A stretch of 64,000 nucleotides of DNA from a virus. Positions 1-10,040 of this stretch are shown piece by piece. The notes beneath the pieces are model-generated. The model made no database searches. It had not been told where the DNA came from and saw only the letters and a list, made by a program, of their open reading frames with translations. The stretch lies in the IMG/VR virus record IMGVR_UViG_3300002036_000001, positions 8,506 to 72,505 of that record. One strand, given 5' to 3'. The translations under genes and the position numbers were made by a program. Within the stretch, counting starts at the first letter, position 1, and each line of letters starts with the position of its first letter.

Positions 1-1
1 A

Positions 2-208
2 TATAAAAAAGAACAAATTATTTGGAGATTTAGTTTATGTAAGAATGATTGTATAAAAAATGATTCTTGTAAAGTATGTGGATGTCCTCCTAAGAAAAAA
101 ATATATGTAAATAAGTCTTGCAATAAAGGACAAAGATTTCCAGATTTAATGGATGAGAAAACTTGGAATAAATATAAAGAAGATAATAATTTAGTAATCG
201 ATGGATAA
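2..208 (+). CDS. Partial (5'-truncated) small Cys-rich, probably Zn-binding protein
   Basis: Manual frame-2 translation YKKEQIIWRFSLCKNDCIKNDSCKVCGCPPKKKIYVNKSCNKGQRFPDLMDEKTW...DG*; stop at 206-208 overlaps the next ATG; not in the ORF track. Confidence 0.7.
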   Translation, partial: YKKEQIIWRFSLCKNDCIKNDSCKVCGCPPKKKIYVNKSCNKGQRFPDLMDEKTWNKYKEDNNLVIDG

Positions 209-416
209 TACTTACATAATAGAAAAGGAAGATATAATAGATGTTTTAGAGGATATAGAAGCTTTTGAAGAAAGGATGAAAGTTTTTATTAAAAATCATC
301 CACAATATTCCCGATCTATTATAATAAGGAGAAATAAAAACAAAAGATCAAATAAAAAGTGGGTTGTAGAATTAAATGTATTAGAAGATGGGAAAGTCAT
401 TAAAAAAATTGTATAA
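201..416 (+). CDS. Hypothetical protein (71 aa)
   Basis: ORF overlaps both neighbours in a tightly packed operon. Confidence 0.7.
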   Translation: MDNTYIIEKEDIIDVLEDIEAFEERMKVFIKNHPQYSRSIIIRRNKNKRSNKKWVVELNVLEDGKVIKKIV

Positions 417-720
417 AAATAGATTGGAATACATGGAGTACTATAACAGAATGGCTCCTTTTCCAGTATTTGACACAGAATATGTTGAAGAGATTAGAAA
501 AAGATTAGATGATATGGAAAATAATGAAGATAAAAAAGATAAAGATTTTGATTATGATGAATTAGCTGTAGTTGCTTGTCATCATTGTAAAGAATTATCT
601 ATAATAACTGATGAGGTAGATAATGACATTTGTTTAAACTGTGGAGCAGTTAATGAGATAGAATTTTATCCAAACATATTTGAATATAAAAAGGCAAAAG
701 AAAAGTATGATAATAATTAG
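388..720 (+). CDS. Zn-ribbon protein (110 aa)
   Basis: CHHC...CLNC pairs near the C-terminus. Confidence 0.65.
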   Translation: MGKSLKKLYKNRLEYMEYYNRMAPFPVFDTEYVEEIRKRLDDMENNEDKKDKDFDYDELAVVACHHCKELSIITDEVDNDICLNCGAVNEIEFYPNIFEYKKAKEKYDNN

Positions 721-991
721 ATTTATAGATCTATATACTACTTTTACCAATGATAAAGGAGAAGAATATGAAAAATTATCAGTTAGAAACTTTACACTCC
801 CTACAATAATTGATGAAAGTAGAATAGTAGGAATAAATCCTTTTTTTAGTAAGAAAGGTAAATTATTTAAAAATGTATCTATGATAAGGTATGATAATGA
901 AATAATTAAGGTTATAGGGAATTATAAAGAACTGGAGAAAAGGAGAAAACCAGGTTGTAAAATAAAAGGATATAATAATGGGAATAGATAA
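680..991 (+). CDS. Hypothetical protein (start may be a later Met)
   Basis: Packed ORF; stop overlaps the phoH start. Confidence 0.65.
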   Translation: MNIKRQKKSMIIIRFIDLYTTFTNDKGEEYEKLSVRNFTLPTIIDESRIVGINPFFSKKGKLFKNVSMIRYDNEIIKVIGNYKELEKRRKPGCKIKGYNNGNR

Positions 992-1634
992 TAAAAGTAA
1001 AAGATTGTTGAAAAAAGAACCCAAGCTTAAAGTAGACTTAAACACAGAACAAAAAGAAGTTATAAAACTCTTTTATGAGTATGATGTTAATTTTATACTA
1101 GGGGATTTTGGTTCAGGTAAATCATTGACCGCAGTATATGCAGCTATAGCATCTTTTAGAAAAAAACAATTTAACAAGATATGGATTACAAGACCTATGA
1201 TAAAGAATAACTTAGCAGCTTTGCCAGGTACTTTAGAAGAAAAGATGTATCCGTATGTATTCCCTATTTTACAGAATTTAAATGTATGTCAAGGTAAAGT
1301 AGAAACAGAGAAAATGCTTAAAGAGGATTATATTCAAATAATGCCTATTGAAGTAGCTAAAGGAATTACTTTTATTGATTCAGTAGTTATAGTAGATGAA
1401 TTTCAGGATATGGATTATCAAGATTTTAGAACTATACTTACTAGACTTGGAAAACATAGTAAAATTATATTTTGTGGAAGTAAAGAACAAATAGATAAAA
1501 GTATAGGGAAAAATTCTTGCTTGCATAAAATAGAGAAATTATACAGTAGTGGAATAGTTGGATATACAGAATTAAAAGCTAATCATAGAAATCCTATACT
1601 TAGTAGTATAATTAATTATTTAGAGAAATCATGA
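978..1634 (+). CDS. phoH: PhoH-like ATPase
   Basis: Walker A GDFGSGKS, ITRP, LPGTLEEKMYPY, Walker B VIVDEFQD, ILTRLG, GSKEQID, NHRNPI: PhoH family motifs. Confidence 0.9.
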   Translation: MGIDNKSKRLLKKEPKLKVDLNTEQKEVIKLFYEYDVNFILGDFGSGKSLTAVYAAIASFRKKQFNKIWITRPMIKNNLAALPGTLEEKMYPYVFPILQNLNVCQGKVETEKMLKEDYIQIMPIEVAKGITFIDSVVIVDEFQDMDYQDFRTILTRLGKHSKIIFCGSKEQIDKSIGKNSCLHKIEKLYSSGIVGYTELKANHRNPILSSIINYLEKS

Positions 1635-1726
1635 AAAAAAAGTATGGAAAAGGTAATAAGGAGATAAGTTTTTAATTATTAAAATAAACTAGAATTAAAA
1701 AGATTACTAAAACAATTAATGATAAT

Positions 1727-1915
1727 ATGAAGTTAATATTAAGTCCAAAGGACAATTTAGGAAAAATAGAATTAGAAGTACAAGGATATGCTCTAGAAGG
1801 TAATACTTTATTAGTAATATTACCTGATGGAAGTACTAGAAATTACCCTTTAATACATTTATGGTATTATAGTTCACATACAAATTACCATAATAAAAAA
1901 AATGATGGAAAGTAA
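1727..1915 (+). CDS. Hypothetical protein (62 aa)
   Basis: Small ORF with A-rich leader, same strand as the operon. Confidence 0.55.
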   Translation: MKLILSPKDNLGKIELEVQGYALEGNTLLVILPDGSTRNYPLIHLWYYSSHTNYHNKKNDGK

Positions 1916-1935
1916 TATGGAATTTAAAAGTTATA

Positions 1936-2319
1936 ATGATGAAGAATTTAAAACAAGCTAATTTAAATATCACTTTGAAGAATTTATTTAAGAAATGGTT
2001 AGAAATAACTAAACCATTTCATAATTTAACATCTCAACAACAAAAAGTATTAGCATTGTTATTATATCATCATTATAGATTAAAGAAAGATATTACTAAT
2101 AATAAAATACTTTGGAAGATGGTTTTTGATTATGATACTAAATCCCTTATAAAAGAAGAATTAGGTATGAAAGATAGTGGATTTCAAAATGTATTAACAA
2201 GTTTAAGGAACAAAAATATTATAAAAGACAACGCAATAGTTACTACTTATATTCCAGATTTAGAATATGGAAGTAATAGTTTTAAAGTAATATTTAATTT
2301 TAATATAGTACATGAATAA
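1936..2319 (+). CDS. Hypothetical protein, possible winged-HTH DNA-binding protein
   Basis: Helical pattern LTSQQQKVLALL ... IKEELGMKDSGFQNVLTSLRNKNII. Confidence 0.5.
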   Translation: MMKNLKQANLNITLKNLFKKWLEITKPFHNLTSQQQKVLALLLYHHYRLKKDITNNKILWKMVFDYDTKSLIKEELGMKDSGFQNVLTSLRNKNIIKDNAIVTTYIPDLEYGSNSFKVIFNFNIVHE

Positions 2320-2608
2320 TATAGATAAAAAGAAAATAGCTAGACTTATACATAGATTAGGATTAAAGTATAAATTATCCGATCATATTATAAAAGAGAT
2401 AGTTGAATCTCCGTATCTATTTACATCTACTATAATAAAAAGATTAGACTTAGATAAAGTAAAAACAGAAGAAGATTTATCAAAGCATAAGACTAATTTT
2501 ATATATAAAGCATTTGGTAAATTATATATTAATTTCTTATTGATTAATAAGAAGAATAAACAGAAAGAGAATATAATTAAATTAAATAAGAATAAATGGA
2601 AGAAGTAA
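2312..2608 (+). CDS. HU/IHF-like DNA-binding protein
   Basis: Basic 98 aa; IARLIHRLGLKYKLSDHIIKEIVES ... NFIYKAFGKLY matches the HU/IHF helix-helix-beta (F/LGKF/L) layout; IHF-like genes are typical of crAss-like capsid modules. Confidence 0.6.
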   Translation: MNNIDKKKIARLIHRLGLKYKLSDHIIKEIVESPYLFTSTIIKRLDLDKVKTEEDLSKHKTNFIYKAFGKLYINFLLINKKNKQKENIIKLNKNKWKK

Positions 2609-2964
2609 AGAATTTAACGCAAGATGGTGTATTAGAAGTCATAAAAGATTTTCCTTTACAGCCTTTAAGAAACAGAGTAATTATTACTATGAATGTAGAT
2701 TCTCCAGATGGAGAAGTTATATTATCTAATAATTCATTCTCAGAAACTCAATTTGTAGTTGCTAAAGGAAGTTTTGTTAAAGAAATAGAAGTAGGTCAAA
2801 GAGTACTACTAGACTTAGAAAAAATGACTGAGACTACTCCAGATCCTGAAAATGGCTATGAGACTATTTCTAGAGTTAAGTTAAAAGTAGTAGAAGTAAA
2901 TGGAAGAATGTACGCTATGATTTTTGATAATTTCATAGATGCTGCTGACAATAGAGAATATTAA
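2596..2964 (+). CDS. groES: GroES/Cpn10-like co-chaperonin
   Basis: LQPLRNRVII...GEVIL...VVAKGS...IEVGQRVLL...VEVNGRMYAMI resembles the GroES pattern; two genes upstream of groEL. Confidence 0.72.
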   Translation: MEEVKNLTQDGVLEVIKDFPLQPLRNRVIITMNVDSPDGEVILSNNSFSETQFVVAKGSFVKEIEVGQRVLLDLEKMTETTPDPENGYETISRVKLKVVEVNGRMYAMIFDNFIDAADNREY

Positions 2965-2984
2965 TAATTAAATATAATAGTAAA

Positions 2985-3230
2985 ATGGAATTTAATAGAA
3001 TAAAAGAATCTATAAATATTATAGAACAAGCTTTGAATTTAGCAGCTAAACAAGGAGTTTTTAATTTAAAAGACTCTACAACTATACAAGTTGCTTTAAA
3101 TACAGTAGGAGAGTTTGTAGAGATAAATACAGGATTATCAGATAGTACTCCTAAATTAAAATCAGGTTCTGATAAAGAAATTATAGAATCTGTAAAAAAT
3201 ATTGAAGAAGGAAAAAAAGTTACTAAGTAA
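2985..3230 (+). CDS. Hypothetical protein (81 aa)
   Basis: ORF with A-rich leader, TAATG-coupled to the next gene. Confidence 0.65.
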   Translation: MEFNRIKESINIIEQALNLAAKQGVFNLKDSTTIQVALNTVGEFVEINTGLSDSTPKLKSGSDKEIIESVKNIEEGKKVTK

Positions 3231-3784
3231 TGAAGTTATTTGAACTAAAAAATTGGCAGCTCTCAGTTTCGGAAGAAACATGGGGGCTTTCGCCATTTAA
3301 AACTCTATTAGATAGAGATAAAAGTAAAGAAAAAGAGGTAGCTCTAGCTGAACTTATGTATATCTATCATTTTTGTGATATAAGGTCTGATTATAATTCT
3401 ATGAGTGAAGAAAATAGAAAAAAAGAGTTAAGAAAAGATATATCTGGTCTTCCTAAGAATTGGAAGGTAGATAAAAGTGTTCAAATTGCAATAGACTTTT
3501 ATAATAGTCATGAAACCATTATTCAGAGATTATACAAGCAAACTAGTAAAGCAGCAGGGGATGTAGGAGATTATTTAGAAAATACTAGAGAATTACTTGA
3601 TGAAAGAGATTTACAAGGTAAAATAGTAACTGATATTAATAAGATAACACAATCTATTCAAAGAATTCCTAAATTAATGGCTGATTTAAAATCTGCCTAT
3701 AAAGAAGTTGTAAAAGAGCAAGAAGATTTAAATAATAAGAAAAAAGGAAGTAAATCCTTTAATACATTTGAAGATGGACTATAA
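3230..3784 (+). CDS. Conserved helical phage protein (small-terminase candidate by position only)
   Basis: 184 aa, helical/coiled-coil C-terminus, upstream of groEL-terL; function unsupported. Confidence 0.55.
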   Translation: MKLFELKNWQLSVSEETWGLSPFKTLLDRDKSKEKEVALAELMYIYHFCDIRSDYNSMSEENRKKELRKDISGLPKNWKVDKSVQIAIDFYNSHETIIQRLYKQTSKAAGDVGDYLENTRELLDERDLQGKIVTDINKITQSIQRIPKLMADLKSAYKEVVKEQEDLNNKKKGSKSFNTFEDGL

Positions 3785-5195
3785 AGAAATATATAAAGAA
3801 AAAGAAGCAAGAGAAGGTATCATAGAGGGTATAAATAGACTTGCAGATGCCGTATTAACAACAATGGGTCCAAATGGAGGCACTGTAATCATATCTGACC
3901 ATTCTGGAGATAAAATCACTAAAGATGGTGTAAGTGTAGCCAGTGAGATCAGTTTTAAAGACCCGATACAAAATATAGGAGCTAACCTTATAAAAGAGGT
4001 TGCAAAACTAACCGTTGCTTTGGCGGGTGATGGTACCACTACTTCTATATGTTTAGCAAAAGCTTTTATTAATAAAGGGTTTAAACTTATAAGTGAAAAT
4101 GTAAGTTATAATATTATTAAGAAAGAACTTGAAGAACTAGAGATTAAGGTAATAAAAGAACTTGGAGAAGTAGCTATAAAACTAAATAGAACTAATATAA
4201 TAGATGTAGCGACTATTTCTGCTAATAATGATGTACAGATAGGAAAACTTATTCAAAAGGCTTATAATCACTCAGATATAGTTAGAGTAGAGGAATATAT
4301 AGGTAGAGAGGATTTATTAGAAACTGTTAATGGCATGAGGTTAAATACTTCATATTTCTCTAAAGCTTTTATAAATAATGGAAAGAAACAAGCAATAGAA
4401 TATGATGAGGTTAAATTTATAATAAAAAGAGGAAAATTAGAAAGCTTAAAGAGTATATATAAATTACTAGAAGGAAATCAGGATCTTCCTATAATAATAA
4501 TGGCAGATCACTTTACAGAAGATGTTTTATCTTTACTAAAAACTAATTATAATAAAAATTACTTACAAATAGGTCTAGTAAAGACTCCTGGAGTAGGAGG
4601 ACATAGAAAAGATTTAGTTTCTGATATAATAGAATATACAGGTGCTAAAGCGTTATCTTCATCAGAAGGAGTTTACTTTTCAAGACTTGATAGTGTATTT
4701 ATAAACAAAGATTATTTTGATTTATGTAAAAAAGATGCAGATGTTTCAGAATATGCAAATAATTTAAAAGAGACTCTTAATCTTGAAGAAAATACAAATA
4801 GTAGAGATCTTATTTCTCAGAGAATTACTAACCTTAATGGAAAAGTTTCTATAATAAAAGTAGGAGGAAGTTCTACCATAGAAATGAAAGAAAGAAAAGA
4901 TAGAGTAGATGATGCTGTATTAGCAGTACTTTGCGCTTTAGAGGAAGGTATTATAGCAGGAGGAGGAATAACTTTAAATAATATGAACATAGATAACTTA
5001 TTTTCTAGTTGTTTAAAAGAGCCTCTAAAACAAATTCAAAGTAATGGAAGTGATCTAAAAGAATGTTCTAATCAAGACTTATTAGATAAGAATATAATAG
5101 ACCCTGTTAAAGTAACTAGATGTGCTATTCAAAATGCAATATCTGTTACTAAAACAATACTAGGAACAAAAACAATAGTTTTAAATAATATTTAA
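3768..5195 (+). CDS. groEL: Phage-encoded chaperonin GroEL/Cpn60-like (short, 475 aa)
   Basis: TMGPNG, ITKDGVSVA, AGDGTTTS, TISANND, KTPGVGGHRK, EEGIIAGGG, IIDPVKV motifs. Confidence 0.93.
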   Translation: MKMDYKEIYKEKEAREGIIEGINRLADAVLTTMGPNGGTVIISDHSGDKITKDGVSVASEISFKDPIQNIGANLIKEVAKLTVALAGDGTTTSICLAKAFINKGFKLISENVSYNIIKKELEELEIKVIKELGEVAIKLNRTNIIDVATISANNDVQIGKLIQKAYNHSDIVRVEEYIGREDLLETVNGMRLNTSYFSKAFINNGKKQAIEYDEVKFIIKRGKLESLKSIYKLLEGNQDLPIIIMADHFTEDVLSLLKTNYNKNYLQIGLVKTPGVGGHRKDLVSDIIEYTGAKALSSSEGVYFSRLDSVFINKDYFDLCKKDADVSEYANNLKETLNLEENTNSRDLISQRITNLNGKVSIIKVGGSSTIEMKERKDRVDDAVLAVLCALEEGIIAGGGITLNNMNIDNLFSSCLKEPLKQIQSNGSDLKECSNQDLLDKNIIDPVKVTRCAIQNAISVTKTILGTKTIVLNNI

Positions 5196-7459
5196 TGGAA
5201 AGTATAAAATTAAATAAATTTCAAACCCCTTTATCAGAGGATTTAAAGAAAAACCTACCTAAAGAAGTATGGGATGATATTATTGAATATATCAGTACAG
5301 TACAATTTATTAAGTTTTTAATATCTCCTCCAGAAGTAAGAGGGTATGCAAAAGATAGACCTAGAGAAACTGAATTCTACAACGATGGAAGAATAGAGGT
5401 TAATGTAGTAGAACCTCATATATTAGAGGATATGGACTTTTTTAGAGAAAGGGCTATATTTTTTGAGAAGAATGGTAAGTATACTAATATCATACCTAAT
5501 GGCAATCCTAAGTCGGATTATGCTGAGTTTTGGAGACAAGAATTATATAGATGGAAACATGGTATGGTTAGAGAGTCAGATGGAGAATGGATACCTGGAT
5601 ATTTATACTTTTATTGGAATTATTCTCCTATATGGTTGATAGAAAAGCCAGAAACTGTTAAAGAAAATTCAAAGAAAGGAAATAGAGTAAAAAAGTTTCC
5701 AAAACCCTGGCTAGGTGACTATACATTTTTTCATTATTTAGAGCAATGTTCAGATAATGGTAAACATGGTAAAAACCTAAAAACAAGAGGAATTGGAATG
5801 AGTTTTAAGAATGCATCTATGTCTCCTAGAAATATGTATGTATTTCCTGGTACAGGTAATTCTAATTATCATTTAGCGAATGAAAAATCATTCTTATCAG
5901 GTGATAAAGGTATTTTTGGTAAAATATTAGATTGTTTAGATCATATAGCAGATAATACTCCTTTTTCTAAATTAAGATTAAAAGATAGTAAAAGGGATAT
6001 GGAAGTTCAACTTGGTTATCAAGATGAATATGGAGTTAGACGTGGGTTACTTTCTTCTGTAATAGCTATTTCTTTAAAAGATAATCCAGATAAAGCAAGG
6101 GGTGTAAGGGGAGTATTCTGTCACTATGAAGAGGATGGTTTATTTGATAACTTAGAAAAAGCTTGGAATGTCAATAGAGCAGCCTTTGAAGATGGTGGAG
6201 TAGCCTTTGGATTAATGCTTGCAGCAGGTACTGGTGGTGTAGAAGGAGGTTCTTTTGAAGGATCTGAAAAATTGTTCTATTCTCCAGAAGCTTATAATAT
6301 TTTAGGTGTTCCTAATGTATTTGATAAAAATGCAGATGGTAGTACTAAATGTGGACATTTTTGGGGAGCATATTTAAACAGGAATGAGTGTTATGATTTA
6401 GAAAATGGAGAACCTGATGTTATTAAAGCTTTAGTAGAAATATGTATGGATAGATATATAATTAAGTATAGCTCCACAGATGCTAATGCAATCACTCAAA
6501 AGAAAGCAGAGTTACCTATTACACCTCAAGAAGCAGTTATGCGAACTGAGGGTACTATATTCCCTGTAGCAGACTTAAAAGGACACTTAGAATCTATTGC
6601 AATAAAGAAAGATACATTTTTAGCTGAACATTATGTAGGTGATTTAATATATAATCCAGATAATACATTAAGTTGGACTCCAACAAGTGATAAACATCCT
6701 TTAAGATCTTATGACACTACTGGAGGAAATAAAACAGGTTGTTTGGAGATATTTGAAATGCCTAAGAAAAATAGTGAAGGAGTGATTTCTAGAGGTAGAT
6801 ATATTGCAGGAGTAGATCCAATTGATGCAGATACAGGTAAATCTTTATTTAGTATGATAGTGATGGACTCTTTTACAGATAGAATAGTAGCAGAGTACTC
6901 AGGAAGACCTAGAACAGCTAATGAAGCATATGATATATGTCTAAGAACATTAAAATTTTATAATGCAGAAGCTAATTATGAAAGTAACTTAAAAGGTTTA
7001 TTTAGTTATTTTGATAAACATAATGCTCTACATTATTTAGCTGATGTACCTCAAATACTAAAAGATATGGAGTTTGTAAAAGCTACTAACTTATATGGAA
7101 ATAGAGCAAAAGGTACTCATGCTAATAAACAAATAAACTCTTGGGGTAGATTATTACAAGCTGATTGGATGGTTTCTAAAGCACATGGGGATGATGAAGA
7201 TAATAGGCTGAATCTACACAGACTAAGATCTTTAGCGTATATAGAAGAATGTATAAAATGGAATCCTGATGGCAACTTTGATAGAGTATCAGCAGGTATA
7301 ATGTTGTTTATTTTACGAGAAGATAGAATGAAAAGAACACAAACTGCAAAAGGATTAAGAGGAAAAAAGATTAAGAACTTATCTGATGATCCCTTTTTTA
7401 AAAATAATTATAAACCTACGAATAATATTAATACAGGTAAAGGTGGAAATTTATATTAA
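5195..7459 (+). CDS. terL: Terminase large subunit
   Basis: LKTRGIGMSF (Walker A region), YEEDG (Walker B), AAGTGG, nuclease-domain GVDPID and NFDRVSA; directly upstream of the portal. Confidence 0.9.
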   Translation: MESIKLNKFQTPLSEDLKKNLPKEVWDDIIEYISTVQFIKFLISPPEVRGYAKDRPRETEFYNDGRIEVNVVEPHILEDMDFFRERAIFFEKNGKYTNIIPNGNPKSDYAEFWRQELYRWKHGMVRESDGEWIPGYLYFYWNYSPIWLIEKPETVKENSKKGNRVKKFPKPWLGDYTFFHYLEQCSDNGKHGKNLKTRGIGMSFKNASMSPRNMYVFPGTGNSNYHLANEKSFLSGDKGIFGKILDCLDHIADNTPFSKLRLKDSKRDMEVQLGYQDEYGVRRGLLSSVIAISLKDNPDKARGVRGVFCHYEEDGLFDNLEKAWNVNRAAFEDGGVAFGLMLAAGTGGVEGGSFEGSEKLFYSPEAYNILGVPNVFDKNADGSTKCGHFWGAYLNRNECYDLENGEPDVIKALVEICMDRYIIKYSSTDANAITQKKAELPITPQEAVMRTEGTIFPVADLKGHLESIAIKKDTFLAEHYVGDLIYNPDNTLSWTPTSDKHPLRSYDTTGGNKTGCLEIFEMPKKNSEGVISRGRYIAGVDPIDADTGKSLFSMIVMDSFTDRIVAEYSGRPRTANEAYDICLRTLKFYNAEANYESNLKGLFSYFDKHNALHYLADVPQILKDMEFVKATNLYGNRAKGTHANKQINSWGRLLQADWMVSKAHGDDEDNRLNLHRLRSLAYIEECIKWNPDGNFDRVSAGIMLFILREDRMKRTQTAKGLRGKKIKNLSDDPFFKNNYKPTNNINTGKGGNLY

Positions 7460-7537
7460 TAGCTATTAGTTATTGATGTACTATGTATATAAAGTATGTG
7501 AAATACTTGATTTCCTAAAATACATTTATTATATTTA
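7458..7537 (+). promoter_or_regulatory. Bacteroidota-type promoter with upstream palindrome, before the portal gene
   Basis: AATAGCTATT palindrome 7458-7467; TTG 7507-7509, 20-nt spacer, TATATTTA 7530-7537 (one mismatch to TAnnTTTG). Confidence 0.55.
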
Positions 7538-7554
7538 CAAGTTAATTAAAGGAT

Positions 7555-9939
7555 ATGACAAGAATAAATAAAATACAACTACCTAAACAAAGGCTTTCTT
7601 ATAAAAAGAAAACTAAAGAATGGAGAAAGAATAATGTAGATTATGCAGATACACATTCTTTTTATCATAATGAAGCGGTAAGAAAAGGACTTAGGAATAA
7701 GGTTATAAACTTAAATCTTTATAATGGTATTGTGGATATTAGAGATTTATCTAGAGTGGTTAATCCAAATCAATTAGATGCTTCTTTTATTCCTGATAAT
7801 CTACCTCATCACCCTATAGTAGTTCCTAAAATAGATCTATTAGTTGGAGAAGAAATAAAAAGAAGATTTGATTGGAGAGTTATAGTTACCAATCAAGATG
7901 CTATAACTAAAAAAGAAGAAGATAAGAAAAAAGAACTTTTAAGTAAACTTCAAGAGTATTTACAAGCTAACTACCAAGAAGAAGAATTAAAAGTAAAATT
8001 ACAAGAATTACAGGACTATATGAAATATGATTGGCAAGATCTTAGAGAAAAGATGGCTAATCAAATATTAAGACATTATTGGCAAGAGCAAGAATTTGAA
8101 ACATTATTTAATAATGGATTTAAAGATGCTCTTATTATGTCAGAGGAAATATATCAAATAGAAATAGTACATAAAGAGCCTACACTTACTAAGCTAAATT
8201 CTTTAAAAGTACACTCTATACTTTCAGGAAATTCAGATAGAATAGAGGATTCTAGTATTATTATAGTAGAAGACCATTGGTCGCCTGGTAAAATAGTAGA
8301 TTATTTTCATGATGAATTAAAACCAGTAGATATAGATCACATTACTGATTATAGTTCTTCTAAAAGTAATGGGGCTTATTCTGACGATGGGTCTAATCAT
8401 GTACTATTAAGAGATGGTATAGATAATGAAGATGTATATAGTAGCATATTCGAGATAGCAGAAATAAATGGACATCAATTTGGATCAGATTATACAGATC
8501 AAACTGGAAATATAAGAGTACTTCGTGTTTATTGGAAATCTTTAAAGAAAATAAAGAAAGTAAAATATTATGATGAATACGGAGAAGAGCAATTTAAAAT
8601 AATGTCAGAGGAGTATATCCCTAATAAAGAAATGGGAGAAGAAGCTAAAGCATTATGGGTAAATGAATGGTGGGAAGGAACCAAAATAGGAAAAGATATT
8701 TATTTAAATATGAAACCTAAACAAGTTCAATATAATAAACTAAATAATCCTTCTCATTGTCATCCAGGAATTATTGGTCAAATTTATAATACTAATCAGG
8801 GTAAAGCCGTATCCTTACTAGATAGGTGTAAAAACTATCAATATTTGTACGACGTAATGTGGGATAGACTTAATAAAGCTATTTCTACAAATTATGGAAA
8901 AATAGCTAATGTAGATTTAGCAAGTATACCTGATGGATGGGAGATAAGTAAATGGATGCATTTTGCTGTAGTAAATAAAATAGCGTTTAGAGATTCATTT
9001 AAAGAAGGAAATAAAGGAGCTGCAACTGGTAAATTGGCAGGATCTTTTAATAATGGTCAAAGTAGTTCTATAGATATGGAAACAGGTAATTATATACAAC
9101 AACATGTACAATTACTTGAATTTATAAAATCAGAGATGGCTGAAATAGCTGGTGTATCTAGACAACGTGAAGGACAGATTAATAATAGTGAAACAGTAGG
9201 AGGAATAGAAACATCTGTAAATCAATCTTCTCATATAACTGAGTTTTGGTTTCATACACATGAAAAACTAAAACTAAGAGTATTAAGTGCATTCTTAGAA
9301 ACTGCTAAAATTGCTCTAAAAGGAAAGAATAAGAAAGTGCAATATATTTTAGATGACCAGACTATTCAATTACTTAATATGGAAGGTAGTGAGTTCTCAG
9401 AAGCTGATTATGGATTAGTCTGTACTAGTTCTTCTAAAGCTATGGAATTAGAACAGTCTTTAAAACAACATGCCCAAGCATTCCTTCAAAATGGAGGAAG
9501 TATTTCTAGTATTATGGATATATACTTTAGTCCTAGTTTATCTGATATGAGAAGAAAATTAGAATTAGCAGAAGAGAAAGTAAATCAAAGAAATTCTAAA
9601 GCCCAAGAAGATAGTCATAAGTTAGCAACTCAGGCTCAGGCTGATATTAAAGAATTAGAACAAGCTAAACTTCAATTAGAAGATACTAAAAACATACGAG
9701 ATAATGAGACTAAAAGATATGTTGCAGATTTAAAAAGTCAAGAAGTAGACTCTGAAAGTAATGATGGTATTGATGATATTTCTTATAAGAAATTGGATTT
9801 AGATGTGAAAGATCAAAGAGAACAAAGATTGTTAAAGATACGACAATTAGATGATGTAATGAAGATGCATAATGATAAAATGAGTAAAGAAGATAAGAAA
9901 ATACAAATTTCAAAAAGTAAATCTAATAGTAATAAATAG
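7555..9939 (+). CDS. Portal protein
   Basis: 794 aa after terL; crAss-type N-terminus (LPKQRLSYKKKTKEWRK), AEIAGVSRQREGQI motif, coiled-coil C-terminus. Confidence 0.88.
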   Translation: MTRINKIQLPKQRLSYKKKTKEWRKNNVDYADTHSFYHNEAVRKGLRNKVINLNLYNGIVDIRDLSRVVNPNQLDASFIPDNLPHHPIVVPKIDLLVGEEIKRRFDWRVIVTNQDAITKKEEDKKKELLSKLQEYLQANYQEEELKVKLQELQDYMKYDWQDLREKMANQILRHYWQEQEFETLFNNGFKDALIMSEEIYQIEIVHKEPTLTKLNSLKVHSILSGNSDRIEDSSIIIVEDHWSPGKIVDYFHDELKPVDIDHITDYSSSKSNGAYSDDGSNHVLLRDGIDNEDVYSSIFEIAEINGHQFGSDYTDQTGNIRVLRVYWKSLKKIKKVKYYDEYGEEQFKIMSEEYIPNKEMGEEAKALWVNEWWEGTKIGKDIYLNMKPKQVQYNKLNNPSHCHPGIIGQIYNTNQGKAVSLLDRCKNYQYLYDVMWDRLNKAISTNYGKIANVDLASIPDGWEISKWMHFAVVNKIAFRDSFKEGNKGAATGKLAGSFNNGQSSSIDMETGNYIQQHVQLLEFIKSEMAEIAGVSRQREGQINNSETVGGIETSVNQSSHITEFWFHTHEKLKLRVLSAFLETAKIALKGKNKKVQYILDDQTIQLLNMEGSEFSEADYGLVCTSSSKAMELEQSLKQHAQAFLQNGGSISSIMDIYFSPSLSDMRRKLELAEEKVNQRNSKAQEDSHKLATQAQADIKELEQAKLQLEDTKNIRDNETKRYVADLKSQEVDSESNDGIDDISYKKLDLDVKDQREQRLLKIRQLDDVMKMHNDKMSKEDKKIQISKSKSNSNK

Positions 9940-10013
9940 CTATTAGTAAATGAGTATATTAAGTAATTTATAATGAAAATTATTGACTTTTGTAATATTA
10001 TATATTATATTTG
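9935..10013 (+). promoter_or_regulatory. Bacteroidota-type promoter with upstream palindrome, before the scaffold/MCP genes
   Basis: AATAGCTATT 9935-9944; TTG 9983-9985, 20-nt spacer, TATATTTG 10006-10013 (exact TAnnTTTG). Confidence 0.65.
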
Positions 10014-10040
10014 TTGATTATTGGGAGAAAAACATATAAC

